Source of the DNA: Azolla caroliniana
Taxonomy: Eukaryota > Plantae > Polypodiophyta
DNA: 64,000 nt
Assembly (NCBI GenBank): GCA_043228905.1
Contig: JBHGNT010000011.1
Coordinates: 19,034,001 to 19,098,000, forward strand
Direction of reading: 5' to 3'
The notes under the pieces were generated by a model that was not told the DNA's origin, searched no databases, and saw only the letters and a program-made list of their open reading frames with translations. This document shows positions 13,219 to 25,800 of the stretch, one piece after another. Numbering within the stretch: the stretch's first letter is position 1; each line of letters starts with the position of its first letter. A program made the position numbers and the translations under genes.

Positions 13219-15140
13219 ATGAACACCATGAGTTTATCCTGCCCATCTCAGATTGCAGTGCAATCGGGGCTCATTCGTAAATCTGTACATGCTACAAGCT
13301 TTCGAGCAGCCAACCTCAATCTCATCCGAACAGCCTTTTTGTCTGGCCAATCTCGAATCCCAGACAAGTTGTTCACATCACCATCATATGACCCTTTGTA
13401 TAAGTTGGGAGTTAATGTTAGGGTTCGTGCACAAGCTTATGAATCTGAGAAATCAGATGGGATTCCTGATGGTCCTATTGAACCTAAAGAGGTTGTCCAG
13501 GCTGAACCCACAGGTTGGAAACTCAAGATCGGGGTCTATTTCGTCACTTGGTGGGCTTTGAATGTCGTCTTTAACATTTACAACAAGAAGGTGCTCAATG
13601 CTTTTCCTTACCCATGGTTGACCTCTACACTTTCTCTTGCTGCGGGTTCATTGATCATGCTTGCCTCTTGGATCACTCGAATCGCTGAAACACCTGATGT
13701 GGATCTCGACTTTTGGAAAGCTCTGGCGCCGGTAAAGAGCACATTCATATAACTTAAGCTGATGAGTATATACATATATAGCATTTTTCTTGTAGTAAAG
13801 GGGTGGAAGTTAGGATTTGTCCTAGGTGCTAGGATACTTTGCTTACTTCAATCAATAGGTTGGCTGAGTTCGAGTTCCTCTCCCAGCCCTCTGTTTTTGC
13901 AAATGCCCATTAAGAAGTAGATTTTTGTTTTTAATGAAGAAAAGTGTCGAGTGATCAATGTATATTTTTATGTATAGGTCCTGCATGTGTAACATGGTGT
14001 ACCATGTTTGAAATATTTCGATGATATCCATATTAATGAGATCATTTAATTATTGTGCTCCAAATATGTGTATCGTTATGTAGCAAATTGAGTTTTTCTT
14101 TGCTTTCGGTATTGTCAGGTAGCATTAGCTCATACGATTGGCCATGTTGCTGCCACTGTGAGTATGTCAAAGGTGGCAGTCTCTTTTACACACATCATAA
14201 AGAGTGCTGAACCAGCTTTCAGTGTATTGGTATCACGATTCCTTCTCGGAGAACAATTCCCCATACCAGTTTACCTCTCTCTCATCCCTATTATCGGAGG
14301 GTGCGGTCTCGCTGCTTTAACTGAATTAAATTTTAATATGACAGGTGATTGAATTGCTTGGGCTATTTTTTTCATCAATCGTTTGAATTGTTTTGCTCAT
14401 CAATAACCTAAATGTGAATACCTGAGGTTTTCCACAAAAGGTATATTGAACTAACCTCAATTATGGTTATGTTAGGCTTCATGGGAGCTATGATTTCCAA
14501 CTTGGCTTTTGTATTTCGCAACATATTCTCAAAGAAGGGCATGAAGGGGAAGTCAGTGGGAGGAATGAATTATTATGCTTGCCTTTCAATGCTTTCCTTG
14601 GTGTTTCTGACCCCTTTTGCACTCGCTGTGGAGGGGCCGAAGCTCTGGGTGGATGGATGGCAAACAGCCGTTCAGGAAATCGGTCCTCATTTTGTGTGGT
14701 AAGCAATAAACCCTTATTTAAACTTGCTTCATAAATCAATGTATGGATCTTGGGATGTTGTTGCATTTGGCATTTTATCTTTTTCTTAAATAACCAACCT
14801 GCGGAAGTTTTTGCCTGTAGGTGGGTGGTAGCGCAAAGTGTGTTCTATCACCTGTACAACCAAGTTTCCTACATGTCTCTCAACGAGATCTCACCATTAA
14901 CCTTCAGTATTGGTAACACAATGAAGCGAGTGTCAGTCATAGTGTCATCAATCATTATCTTTCACACGGCAATTAGGCCCATCAATGCAGTTGGTGCGGC
15001 AGTAGCGATCTTGGGGACCTTCCTTTATTCACAAGTAAGCAAGTTTCTATGCAAATACTTTGGCAACTGTTCTATTTGTATTATATTGTAAGATGCATGC
15101 TTAAACCCACTTTTTGTTTGTTTACCAGGCAAAGCAATAA
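13219..15140 (+). CDS. GPT: Plastid glucose-6-phosphate/phosphate translocator; 5 exons, 395 aa
   Basis: Exons 13219-13731, 14119-14344, 14476-14698, 14821-15034, 15129-15140 total 1188 nt in frame. Transit-peptide-like N-terminus, then LKIGVYFVTWWALNVVFNIYNKKVLNAFPYPW, VSMSKVAVSFTHIIKSAEPAFSV, ISPLTFSIGNTMKR and LYSQAKQ*. Confidence 0.96.
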
Positions 15141-16559
15141 GGTGTTCATACCTTTTGACCATCTGGTTATAAATGAGCGACAATTTATTGCACGTATGAT
15201 CCTTTAGCCAATTGAATTTTGACTCGAACAGACTTCATGAGCTTCATGGATGTAATCTAGGATAGGTGTCAGCTTGTGAGTTAAGAATGCAAAAATTCTT
15301 TGGTATAAAAAGCAAGTTTTTTTTTAATAATGATATGGCATCATTATATGATGAGGAGGCATGTGAGGTCATGGGGCCTTCAACGCTTTTATTGCAATTG
15401 TATTTTGATCTAATACTACCTAATATATTAAATTGTCTTCACTGTTAATTTTGCTCTGTTATGTGCACACTGATAATGTAGTCTTGAGAGCAATTCAACG
15501 TATCTTGTGATGGGTCATCATGAAATCAATAGTTTGTCTGAAAACTTCAGGCTGACTTTTTTGATCCAGGTACCTTGGGGGAGGATCAAAAGAATAAGTA
15601 TTTAGTCATATAGGATTCTGTTTTATTCCTCATAATATAGGTAAAGTCATGGACTTCGGGAAGTTCCAATAAGGCATTTGGTTTGCAAGGAAAGAAATTC
15701 TTCATCCATGCGAAATGACCAATTTCAACTTCATTCTTGTTTTATACGCATAATTGGGTTATATCTTTGTATGATAAGCTGAATTTGAATCATAGCTATA
15801 TGATGCATCTAATTATATCTTTGCTTTGTATGAGCAATAGCTCCAAACTATCCATGGTGCTCTTTGATTGTAGCTTGTTTGTGACAAGGCTTTCCATCAA
15901 CTAAGCAAATAGTTCATTGCTTATTATTGTTTGTTTCTAGGTCTGAATTCACTTGAGGTTGACATTAACTTGCTTGTGTGTTGAAGTATCTAACCCCATG
16001 CACATGTGCACAAACATCCACAATAATACAATTATCAATTGCACAAGATTTTAAATTATGAGCTCTATTGTGTTCAAACATTTGCCTCATCTTATTCTGT
16101 GTTGATTATACCATGACCTGAACAAAAATGTAGTATGATTATAAAGGGATAGAATGAGACCTATAAATAATGTAACTACAAGTTTATTGGATCGTTTTTC
16201 GATGACTACTAATTGAAGGTATTGTGCATTTGTTTGGTAATTCTAGGATTTAAGAACTCTAGTTGCATTGATAGGATCAAACACCTCACAACTTACGAAG
16301 AATCATATCAATAGAGCATGCTTTCAATAGAGACTAAACATGGTCCAATTTTAGAAATGTGCAATATAAGTACTTTCGTAGTGTAATTAGACACGAAGAA
16401 ATGTACCCATCATTTGCATTCTGTGATATATATGCTTATTATATGAGTTAAGAATGAAAAGGAGTTTGAGGTAAGGACATATGCTAAATCATACCCCATT
16501 TGGAGAGATTTGAGAGGCCTTAGCAATTGGAGAGTGATTGAAAATATCTAAAATATTTT

Positions 16560-17760
16560 CTTCGGAAACCCCATAAACGGGCCACTTCCCATTCAAATTG
16601 AAATTTGTGTACAAGCTTAAGTTTTACAAAGCCCTCAAATCAATTGCAAACATTTAGCTAAAGAGATCCATGTCTAACATGTTATCTAGCATGCATTTTA
16701 AATTGAAGATTTTCGCATACTCACTTGATTTTCTATGATAGATGTCTACATCATATTGATCCAAGACGTGCTTCTTATACAATATCCAAGCAACCTCGTA
16801 CAAAATGGCTTCAAGAAGGTCTTGTCGCGGAGAGGCAACAAGTCAAAATGTTCACTTGGATATCCTTGATGGCCCTCTTGACTCCATGTCTTGCATATAT
16901 AGCTATGATGAACCAATGGTTGGGCATTTTAGAGTTTGCAAAACTCTAGCACTAGTTAGTCAAAAGTACTAGTGTCCTCATATTTGTAATGTTCTTAAGG
17001 GCTATGTTTGCACTTCTAACACTTGTTATCAATCTAAGATTTTTCAACATTGTCCATATGGGTTGTTGCAGCTTTTACCAGGTTTCTACGTTCTATGAAA
17101 ATCCATTTCTTTGGATTTCATCACAGGTCTCCCATATTCCAGGGGTTTTGACGCCATCCTCACAATGATGGGTTGGTTCGCTACGACATGTTCTTTGGCA
17201 TGCACCAATACCATTAAAGTTATGAGACAATTGACCAAGTTATGAGAGAAGTATATAGACATCATGGTTTCTCATATGGCATTATCAACGATTGTGGGCT
17301 ATAGCCTACGATTCATCTAGAAATTTTGGAAATACTTGGTCAAGTTGTTCAAAATCTTTTATAAGACCTCTCATCAAGTTATCATCTAAAGAGTGACAAG
17401 TAGATTGCTCATACAAATCATACTTTAGAGCAATGACTTTGTTGCTTCATCAACTATCAATAGGATGATTGATGTGACTTCTTGTATTTATCAAATTTTT
17501 CTTAGGTTTACTCCATTTTCTACCATATAAACTCCCTTAGTCACAAACACAACATAGCACTAGGGCTTTCATTCATTAATACAAAGGAAGGAAGCCATAT
17601 TGAGATGGAAAAAGCATACAAAATATTGTAGAAGCAAACAACAAAAAATGGATAGGATGTTCAACAATTTATGTAAGGCATTTCTTGCTTCACAAAACAT
17701 GATGCCATTGTAAATGGCCCTTAAGGTTGAAGTAATAGTTCCCATGAAATTCTTAGATTT
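16560..17760 (+). mobile_element. Decayed Ty3/gypsy integrase relic
   Basis: Interrupted peptides SISLDFITGLPYSRGFDAILT (~17100), MREVYRHHG (~17242) and SSYHLKSDK*IAHTNHTLEQ*LCCFINYQ*DD (~17375), matching the gypsy integrase core. Confidence 0.75.
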
Positions 17761-18017
17761 GAGCTTATAGAAACTAGCATGGAAAGGTGATTCAAGGACG
17801 GATTGCCTTCAAGTTGGAACAAGAGTTGTTGGAGAGCAAATTCACAACAACGGCGGTATTGCATGTGTCCAAAAATTCTCGAGAGTGGGCGAGGGTACTA
17901 CAAAGTATTTATGCGAAAACAATTTGGTTTCTTAAAATATGTTGTCATATCAATATATTATTATTTGATACATGTTAGCTATCTAATTAGCATTACATAC
18001 TTACAAAAAAATACATG

Positions 18018-18291
18018 AACACTATTTAATCTTTGAGCTTTTTAATTATGTGGACAAATTAATGGACTAAGTCAATTAATTACCGGCTTCAGTTTTTATG
18101 ATACAAACACTTTTGTTTAATCTTTGAGTTTTTTAATTATGTAGAGAAATTAATGGACTAGTCAATTAGTTACTGACATCCGTTTTTATGACACAAACAC
18201 TTTTGTTTAATCTTTGAGCTTTTTAATTATGTAGAGAAATTAATGTAACTAGTCAATTAGTTACTGACATCCGTTTTTATGACACAAACAC
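18018..18291. repeat. Tandem repeat, 3 x ~90 bp
   Basis: Unit aacacttttgtttaatctttgag(c/t)tttttaattatgtagagaaattaatg...tagtcaattagttactgacatccgtttttatgacaca; copies 2 and 3 are nearly identical. Confidence 0.92.
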
Positions 18292-19174
18292 CTTTTCTCC
18301 CTATGAGATACTCTTTTTGCTACTATGATACATGCTAATTTTGTTACAATAGATTGCCAATTAATAGCTAGCATTGTTTATTACACGTAGAAGTCTCATA
18401 ACTAATGAGCTCAAGTTATGACTTTTAATTAAAACCTTTTATATTTTCTGTGACAAAAGACATACTTTATTGAGCAATGATAATGCATAACTAGACAAAC
18501 ACATGAGAGAAACATGTATGAGTTGTTGGGATTCCTAATAAGTATGATGTGTATTTATTGTGTCAAATATAAGACACTTTAGATATACAACTAAAATCTC
18601 AGATCTACCTCTGACCTAGTTTGTTTTTTATTAAAAATGTGAACAAATTCTTTTCGTTGCTTTTCTTTTTTACTATTTCCCATTTCTTGCTCGAGGCTTC
18701 AAATTATTGCTTCATATACACACGATATACTAGCTTCACTTGTAGTGAAAAAGAGGCTTGCATTTACTACTTTGCATGTTTATTAGTATAATTTCCATTA
18801 GAAACAATAAATTGATTATAAGGGACTTGCTATGATGTGTGATGATGAAAATTTATTAGCACTTTAGAAGAAAAGAGTCAAAATCATGTTGTTCCAATCC
18901 TTCCATTTCAGTAACTCACTCATAATCATGCCGTCCAAAATGCTGCAATCTTTCCAAGTTCTTCTCTACCTATGCAAAGTAAAGTTTCGCACTACATGTA
19001 TGAGGATGCTCTGAATATGTTGCAACGTTTGTACTCATTCACGTGTTATGGTAATTCACGAAGCAGCACGAAATGCAAGTTAGTGTGGGTGAAAGAAGGC
19101 AAACCAATAGGCATGGCCCCATCCAAATCATGTGTCGGACGAATGTTTGTGTTTTATGGTTAGGTCAAGTGATG

Positions 19175-19245
19175 ATACATATACATTATACATTATACAT
19201 TATACACTATACATTATATACATTATACATTATACATTATACATA
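19175..19245. repeat. (TATACAT)n heptamer microsatellite upstream of CLC-f
   Basis: atacattatacattatacattatacactatacatt... read directly. Confidence 0.9.
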
Positions 19246-19893
19246 TGTATCCCTCCATCCATCCCACTAGAAGAAATTGAAGCAGACATCCATCCGACTG
19301 GACACAAATTTAAACAAAAACCCAAAAAAGGGGCCACGGACACGCAGACAGTCTCAGTCAGACAGTCACACAGAAACACAGAGCAGCGAAACAGAGTTTT
19401 TGTGGATCTATTCTTCATTCTTTCCTTCCTTCCCCCTCGGCCCTCCAACCTCCCACCGATCCTTTTTTGCAACCTCAACCACAGCTTCGCAGGTATCTCT
19501 TTTTCTCTTTCATTTGCCTTTTCGATCGTCTTGCCTCGCCCTCATTTTTCCTCATTCACAATTTAATGCATAGATTCAATGTAATCCTTTCTGCTTTCTG
19601 TCATATCTTTTGGCTTATCAGAAAAAATTCTCCTCTGTATATGCAATCTATCTATCTATCTATATATATATATATATATGCGAAACAGGAGCTTCGTCCA
19701 TGTTCAACAAGGTTTTTCTTTGCATAAGCTTGGACAAACCTTCTTCAATTTGTGGAAAGACGAAAGACTTCTCATTGAGCCGGATCCAATCATTCCATCT
19801 AATGCATTCTAGATCCGGGATTAAACTTGAGACGAGATTGAGTTCTCGATAGATTTTTGAAGGGAAGAAAAGGCAATAAACTCAAAAGGAACG

Positions 19894-22800
19894 ATGAGGA
19901 TGCAGCAAGATGTAGGTGATAATAGATTCTTGTTGAGATCCGGATCTTCAGGATCAGATTCTGATATGGAAGCTCAGCGTGGTCATTTGAAGCTAGCAAG
20001 AGAACTTGAGAGGAGGAAATCAATCCGAAACAGTGTCCCTCGTCGGCCTTCAATCTCTCAAGTGAGAGAGAGAGTCACCGAGAAAGTGCAACCAGAATGG
20101 ACCTTGCTTCTTGTTGGTTGTTTGCTTGGACTCAGCACTGGCTTGCTCGTCGTGATGTTCAACAAAGGGGTAAGTCCACCAGTTTTGTGATCAGTTTGAG
20201 CGAGAGGGAGAAATATACGCTAACATCTTTTTAAGAGGACAAAATGGCGTATAGACCAAACCAGAGATTACATTGTTAAATGTTGTCTGCATTCGAGAAC
20301 AAACCAAAATAAATATAACTAAGTAAATAAGATAAAATATGACTAGCAAATCTTGTTAATGATACATATAAGATTCTCAAGTTAGATAGGTTCAGAATTT
20401 TGTCTTCGAAAGATCTCTAGCACAGGTCTATCCAAAATGGAAAGATCTCTGGGGTGATGGAAGCACCTACGATGGTGGGAGACAATGGACTTTATCTGTT
20501 GATACAAGGGTGGTTGGGCTTGTTCTTTGTTGATGAGCTTGTGTGGCTGTATTGCGTCCTTTGACAACTTCTCCCTATATCTCTTGACTCCACCAAGAAC
20601 AACCCCTCTTATTTCATAAGAAACAGTACACTGATAAACATAATGTTCTTCATATTCTACTCCTTGATGATCCAATTGGCGAATCCTTTCTTCTAGAGAG
20701 GTATGCGTGCATATCACCCAACCTCAATTTGTAGCTGACGTGAAGAGGTTCACAACTGACCTATCACACTTTGCAGCGCATAGGGTAGATGTATGTCCAT
20801 ATAGGAGGGCCCGCTGACGAAGTCATCTCTGATTTGTGTAAAAAGTGTGCCTTATAGTGGGCTATCTTCCTACCATGAGTTGTTGTGGGGCTGATCCATG
20901 TTCCAACATTATTCAATTTAATAATATCTGTTTGGATCAATCTATTGTTTTCTGCTCTGTTAATGTTTAGATAGGGACAATCCAAGCTATATTGAAATGT
21001 GGGTAGTGCATTTATACTCATGCCATGTTACTCGAACCGTTGTTGCATTTCAGCAAGTTGTTTTGATGACATAAGTGAGAATCTTGAATACCTTTGCTTA
21101 GAGAGCTCCCACAGCCATTGGAAACCGGTCACTGATGGGAATAATGCCTCAGTGATTATCGAGACTAAAGGTCTCCTTGAATTTTTTCAATTATTTGTCT
21201 TGTCAAGACTCAGTCTCCAGGTTTCTACTCCATAGATAAGAGTTAGTGCAACAAGTGTATAAAATAGCCACAACTGGACCTTTGTCTTTCAACAACACCA
21301 AGGGCTGCATATCCATGAGAAAGTTGAGCACAAACATATCCATGAGAAACTGGACAATTATTCTGGTTCCAATCTTGTTATCCATGCTTGAGTGGTGTTA
21401 AACACCATCCTTTTAGTTTTATCTATGTTTGCCAACAAACCTTTCTCTCCCTCTCCCTTTCTTGGTCGGAAGATGGCCCACTATAACTCACTCTTTTTCC
21501 GCTTGTCACAAGATGGATTTATCATCAGATCCTCTTATATGGATGCCCATCTATCTCATGTGCTTCATTGTGTGATAGGAAATTTAAAGCCCTCTTCACA
21601 TTAGCTAGAGATTGAGATAAGCAGATATGCATGCAAATCTATGAGAGGATGAATCTGCCATTTGTGCCACCAGGATGTAGAATCAAAGGAGCACAATGTT
21701 CACCATTTTACTCTCTGTGTGTGAATTTCAAGGGAGATATTCACATTCTCTTCAAACAAGGCTTTGACCCACTAGGTAACTTAATGGATTACGAAAATCA
21801 ACGGTGCTTGGGACTTTTCTTGCTAGAACATACTCAAAGTTGTTGGACAACAATACAACGGTCCAAGGGTACTACCCATGTTTCGGAGACCTCTTCTTCT
21901 TACATTGGCCCATGTTGGAGATCTTTCAAAGATAGAAGTTTAAGTGCATCTAAACTTGAAATGTGAAGTACTTAACTAATGAGATTTTTTGGTACCAAGA
22001 TCAGAACCAGAATTCTTATTGAGAGAGGAAAAAAGTGGGGCAAAATAACAATTACAGGGTTTCAGTTCTCTTTACCAGAGGTTGCATGTGCTCTACTTTC
22101 TCGTGGGTATGGAAGTGGTGGTGGCATTGAAAGTACACATACAGCTCCAAGAACCACATGAAACACGTGAAACACAACCTTCTCTCAAGCAGCAGAAACA
22201 TGCAGACCGAACCTTCATAGGGCACATAAGTTATAACTGGATACATTTGGAGATACCTTTACTCTCAATGATTGTCTGCATGATAAGGAGCAAAGCATCA
22301 ATGTCCCATGGGAATAATCCAGACAAATATGGGAGCAGCTCCGATGGTGACCAAAGAACCAGCATCCTTGTTGGCCTCAGATGAAGGCCATTATCACCCA
22401 ACATTGGAGGTGTTTACCTTGTTTTGGAGATGTCTCCATCTTGGATCGGCCCATAGTGGAGATCTTTTGAAGGCAGAAGTTTCAGTCAATCTAAGATTAG
22501 AATGTTAAAACCTTAGCTTAACAAGATTATCCGATACCTTAGGCAGATGTTCTCAAAGACAACACAAACATTTTAACATGTCATCTCTTGTTCGGTCTCA
22601 TAGGTGATTTGGGCTTTTAAAAGATGTTACATATCTTTTTTTCTTTGTTTTGACATAATCAGAATATAAACTCCAAACAGGTCACAACATGTGGGCAACC
22701 ATACTTTACCCCTCTGGTAGAGCAAAGTTATTGCAATAAACACTCTCTAATATTGTATCATATCATGTCATAACTCCTCAAATGAACTCACACGGAACTC

Positions 22801-25800
22801 CCAAGCTCCGGAATCAGCATATCAATTGTGCCTGTGGAACCATTCAAAAGCGTTCTACATGTTGCCCCTTTTTATGTGCTTAGCCCTCAGCAATAATAGC
22901 CCATACTGCAAACATATGGTTTAGGGTATAGAATCTCATGAACAGTTCCTATGTTTAAGGTTAATGTGGGACAATTGTGTTACAACCTGAGTCTTTTGGA
23001 GCAGCCAAATCTCGTATCTATACAATTCTACAACATACTGCAAGTTGCAGGGTTGAAGAACTTTGAACTGCCAAAGCGTTTCCAAAAACACAGTGCTGAA
23101 GGTTGGGCCATCATTACAAGGAGCAAACTGTAGAACCTCAATCTCTTATTCCATGTATGAAAACGAATGGGCAATGAAGATTGGTGTTCACGCTGGTGTA
23201 GTGAACTTGTAGATGTTGAGGCATGGCATAGAATAGGGAATTTAAGAGAGTTACAAGTATTAGGGTTCTTAGGTGGGGCAGAAAGTATCAAACAAAGGAG
23301 AGGTGAGAAAAGCCAATGTGAATGAGAGATTTCTCCTTCTGGACCAAATTTGCCTATGGTTAAATGCCCCATCAAAGAAAAAGTTACATCACGTGAATAA
23401 CCTTAAAGCCTTTTTCTATGTGCTGTTTATATTTCCTATTTGAAGTGAGTTATCTATGTACACGTAGATAAATGGAATGGTATTACTTTTGGATAGAGTG
23501 AAAAATCATTGAATGCAGGGTCATTACACTAGTTGTGCAAGGCCATTTCATTTGGTTTTAACTGTATTTGATTTTATGTGTAGAAAGATATATTAACGTC
23601 TTTTAAGAGGCCAAAATGGCCAATAAGACCAGACAAGAGATTGCATCTTAAAGTGTTATCCCGTCTTTGAGAACAAGAAATCAAAATAAATAAATATTAC
23701 TAAGTAAAAAAGAGAATCTTGTTATCGGAACATGTAAGATTCAAGTCAGATATCTTGTTATTTTTGTCTTCGAAAGATCTCTAGCACAGGTTGATCTAGA
23801 ATGGAGAGGTCTCCGAAGCAAGGGAAGCACCTGCTATGGCGGGAGATAATGGCATTTACCTGTGAATGAGAAGGTGGTGAGATCACGGCCATGGGATTGA
23901 GGCCTATGTGCATGACAAGTTGCTGTTGCCCAATCTATTGTAACCCCTTTGTTATGTCTTGGTCGGGAGCCCATTTGTGTAGCCCTTGATTAACTTGTAG
24001 CATGAGTAGGAGTGATGGGGCTAAAGAAAGTCGTGATTGTTCTTTGTTGATGACCTTGCGTGGCTGTACTGTCGAGAGAAATGTCCACAGTTCAACTAGA
24101 CATATAGGTTTCCGAAAGGGATTCACAACTTTGGATCACATAAAGGAGAATCTATTGCTGATTTGTGGACCTATATGATGTGCTTGCTGAAGCAGAAAAC
24201 CTAGGAATATATATACATGTATATTCCCACACATATAGCTGATGATGTGATATTGAAAACAAGGCCCTACACATCTGATTTGGGCTGTAAATCATGCATA
24301 CACCTACACAAATCATATCTTGATGATGTGATTGAAAACAAGGCCCTTTACATATCTGATTTGTGGTACAGCAAATCATGTATACACCTCCAAAAGGGCC
24401 TCTGATCTCTCTATAGGAGGCTGTATGAGCTTGACTTTCTTGTGGATATGCAGCCCTTGGGGCCTTTAGAAGACAGTGTGCACACAACCAATTCCAAGAA
24501 CCAGAAACTACATGGTTTTTTGGTAACAATCCTAACGCCTAGTATTCTGTATAGAGTAGAATTTTGGACAGATTTGGAGGGCTTTTAGTCTCAATGTTTG
24601 CCCACATGATCAAGACCAAACTATCAGTCCCATTTTACAATTTGTGGAAAAAGGGAGGAAGCTGATAGTGATCGAGGCATTATTATGATCAGTGATTGCT
24701 ATCCAAAAGATTTGGGAGTTCCTTAAGCAAAGTTACCCAAGAATGCCAATTATGTCATCAAAGTAGCTTGTGGAACCTAAGGATAATTAAAATTTGTATG
24801 CTGAAATGTAAGAATTGTTCTAGCCTCATGCCATAACTATAAATGCACAACCCTCATTCCAATATATCTTGGATTATGCATTCCTGAACATGACCAAAGT
24901 GGGAAAAAATTTGAGTTATCCAAAATTATATTGTTAAATTGGATAATGAAAGAATATTGACCAACCCCACAACATCTGTTCTATAAGAGACTCTTTTTGC
25001 GCATGTGCCAGGATGGATTTATTGTCCCGCCTTCTTATACGGATATACATCTCTCTCATGCGTTCAAATGATAGGACAGCAAGGTACTAGAATATGAAGA
25101 CAAATGGAACTCGAGACATAGAGAAGTTGTTAAAGGGTTATAAAAGATTGGGCAATAACCATGTAGACCACATGTGATCCTTGTTATTGACAAATAAAGG
25201 CCATTATCGCCTTGCACAGAAGATGCTTCCCTCTCTTTAAAGATCTCTCCATATTGGAGTGACTCATGTAGAGATATTTTGAAGGCAGAAGTTTCAATCT
25301 ATATAACTTCAAATTTCTGAGTTCATTGATTATGAGGTTCTTTAGTGCCCTCTGTTTAGTTATATTTATTTTGGTTTGTTGTTCAAAAAGACAAGACATC
25401 ATTGTAAGATTTAATCTCTTGTTCAGTCTTATAGGCCGTTTTGGCCTCTTAAAATATGTAATATATTTTGCTTTCTTTGAAGGCATTGCTAACGTAGGAG
25501 TAAGCTTCACATGGATGTATTGTAGGAACTATGTAGAGACTTTATCACTTCCATTGAAAAACTTCACATGCATAGATGATTGTGTATGTATGCCAATTTT
25601 TTGATCAAGTATATTTATGAAGTGGAATATGTGAAATCTTATGTTTCTGTTAACACTACTCTGTCTGGCGAGACTCTAGATTGGCAAACAGATTTGTGTC
25701 ATTGGCAACAAACACTTTTAACAACTGCATTCTTCTTTTAAAACCTCTAATTTACTATTATTTGGGTCTTGTAGGTTTTGTTTTTCATTTTATACGTGCT

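Noticed and set aside
20210-25475. Two Mutator/foldback elements with ~300-bp TIRs
   Set aside because: No TSDs were found. The inverted arms continue into LINE C-terminal coding remnants and end in simple-sequence tails, so they are LINE 3' ends.
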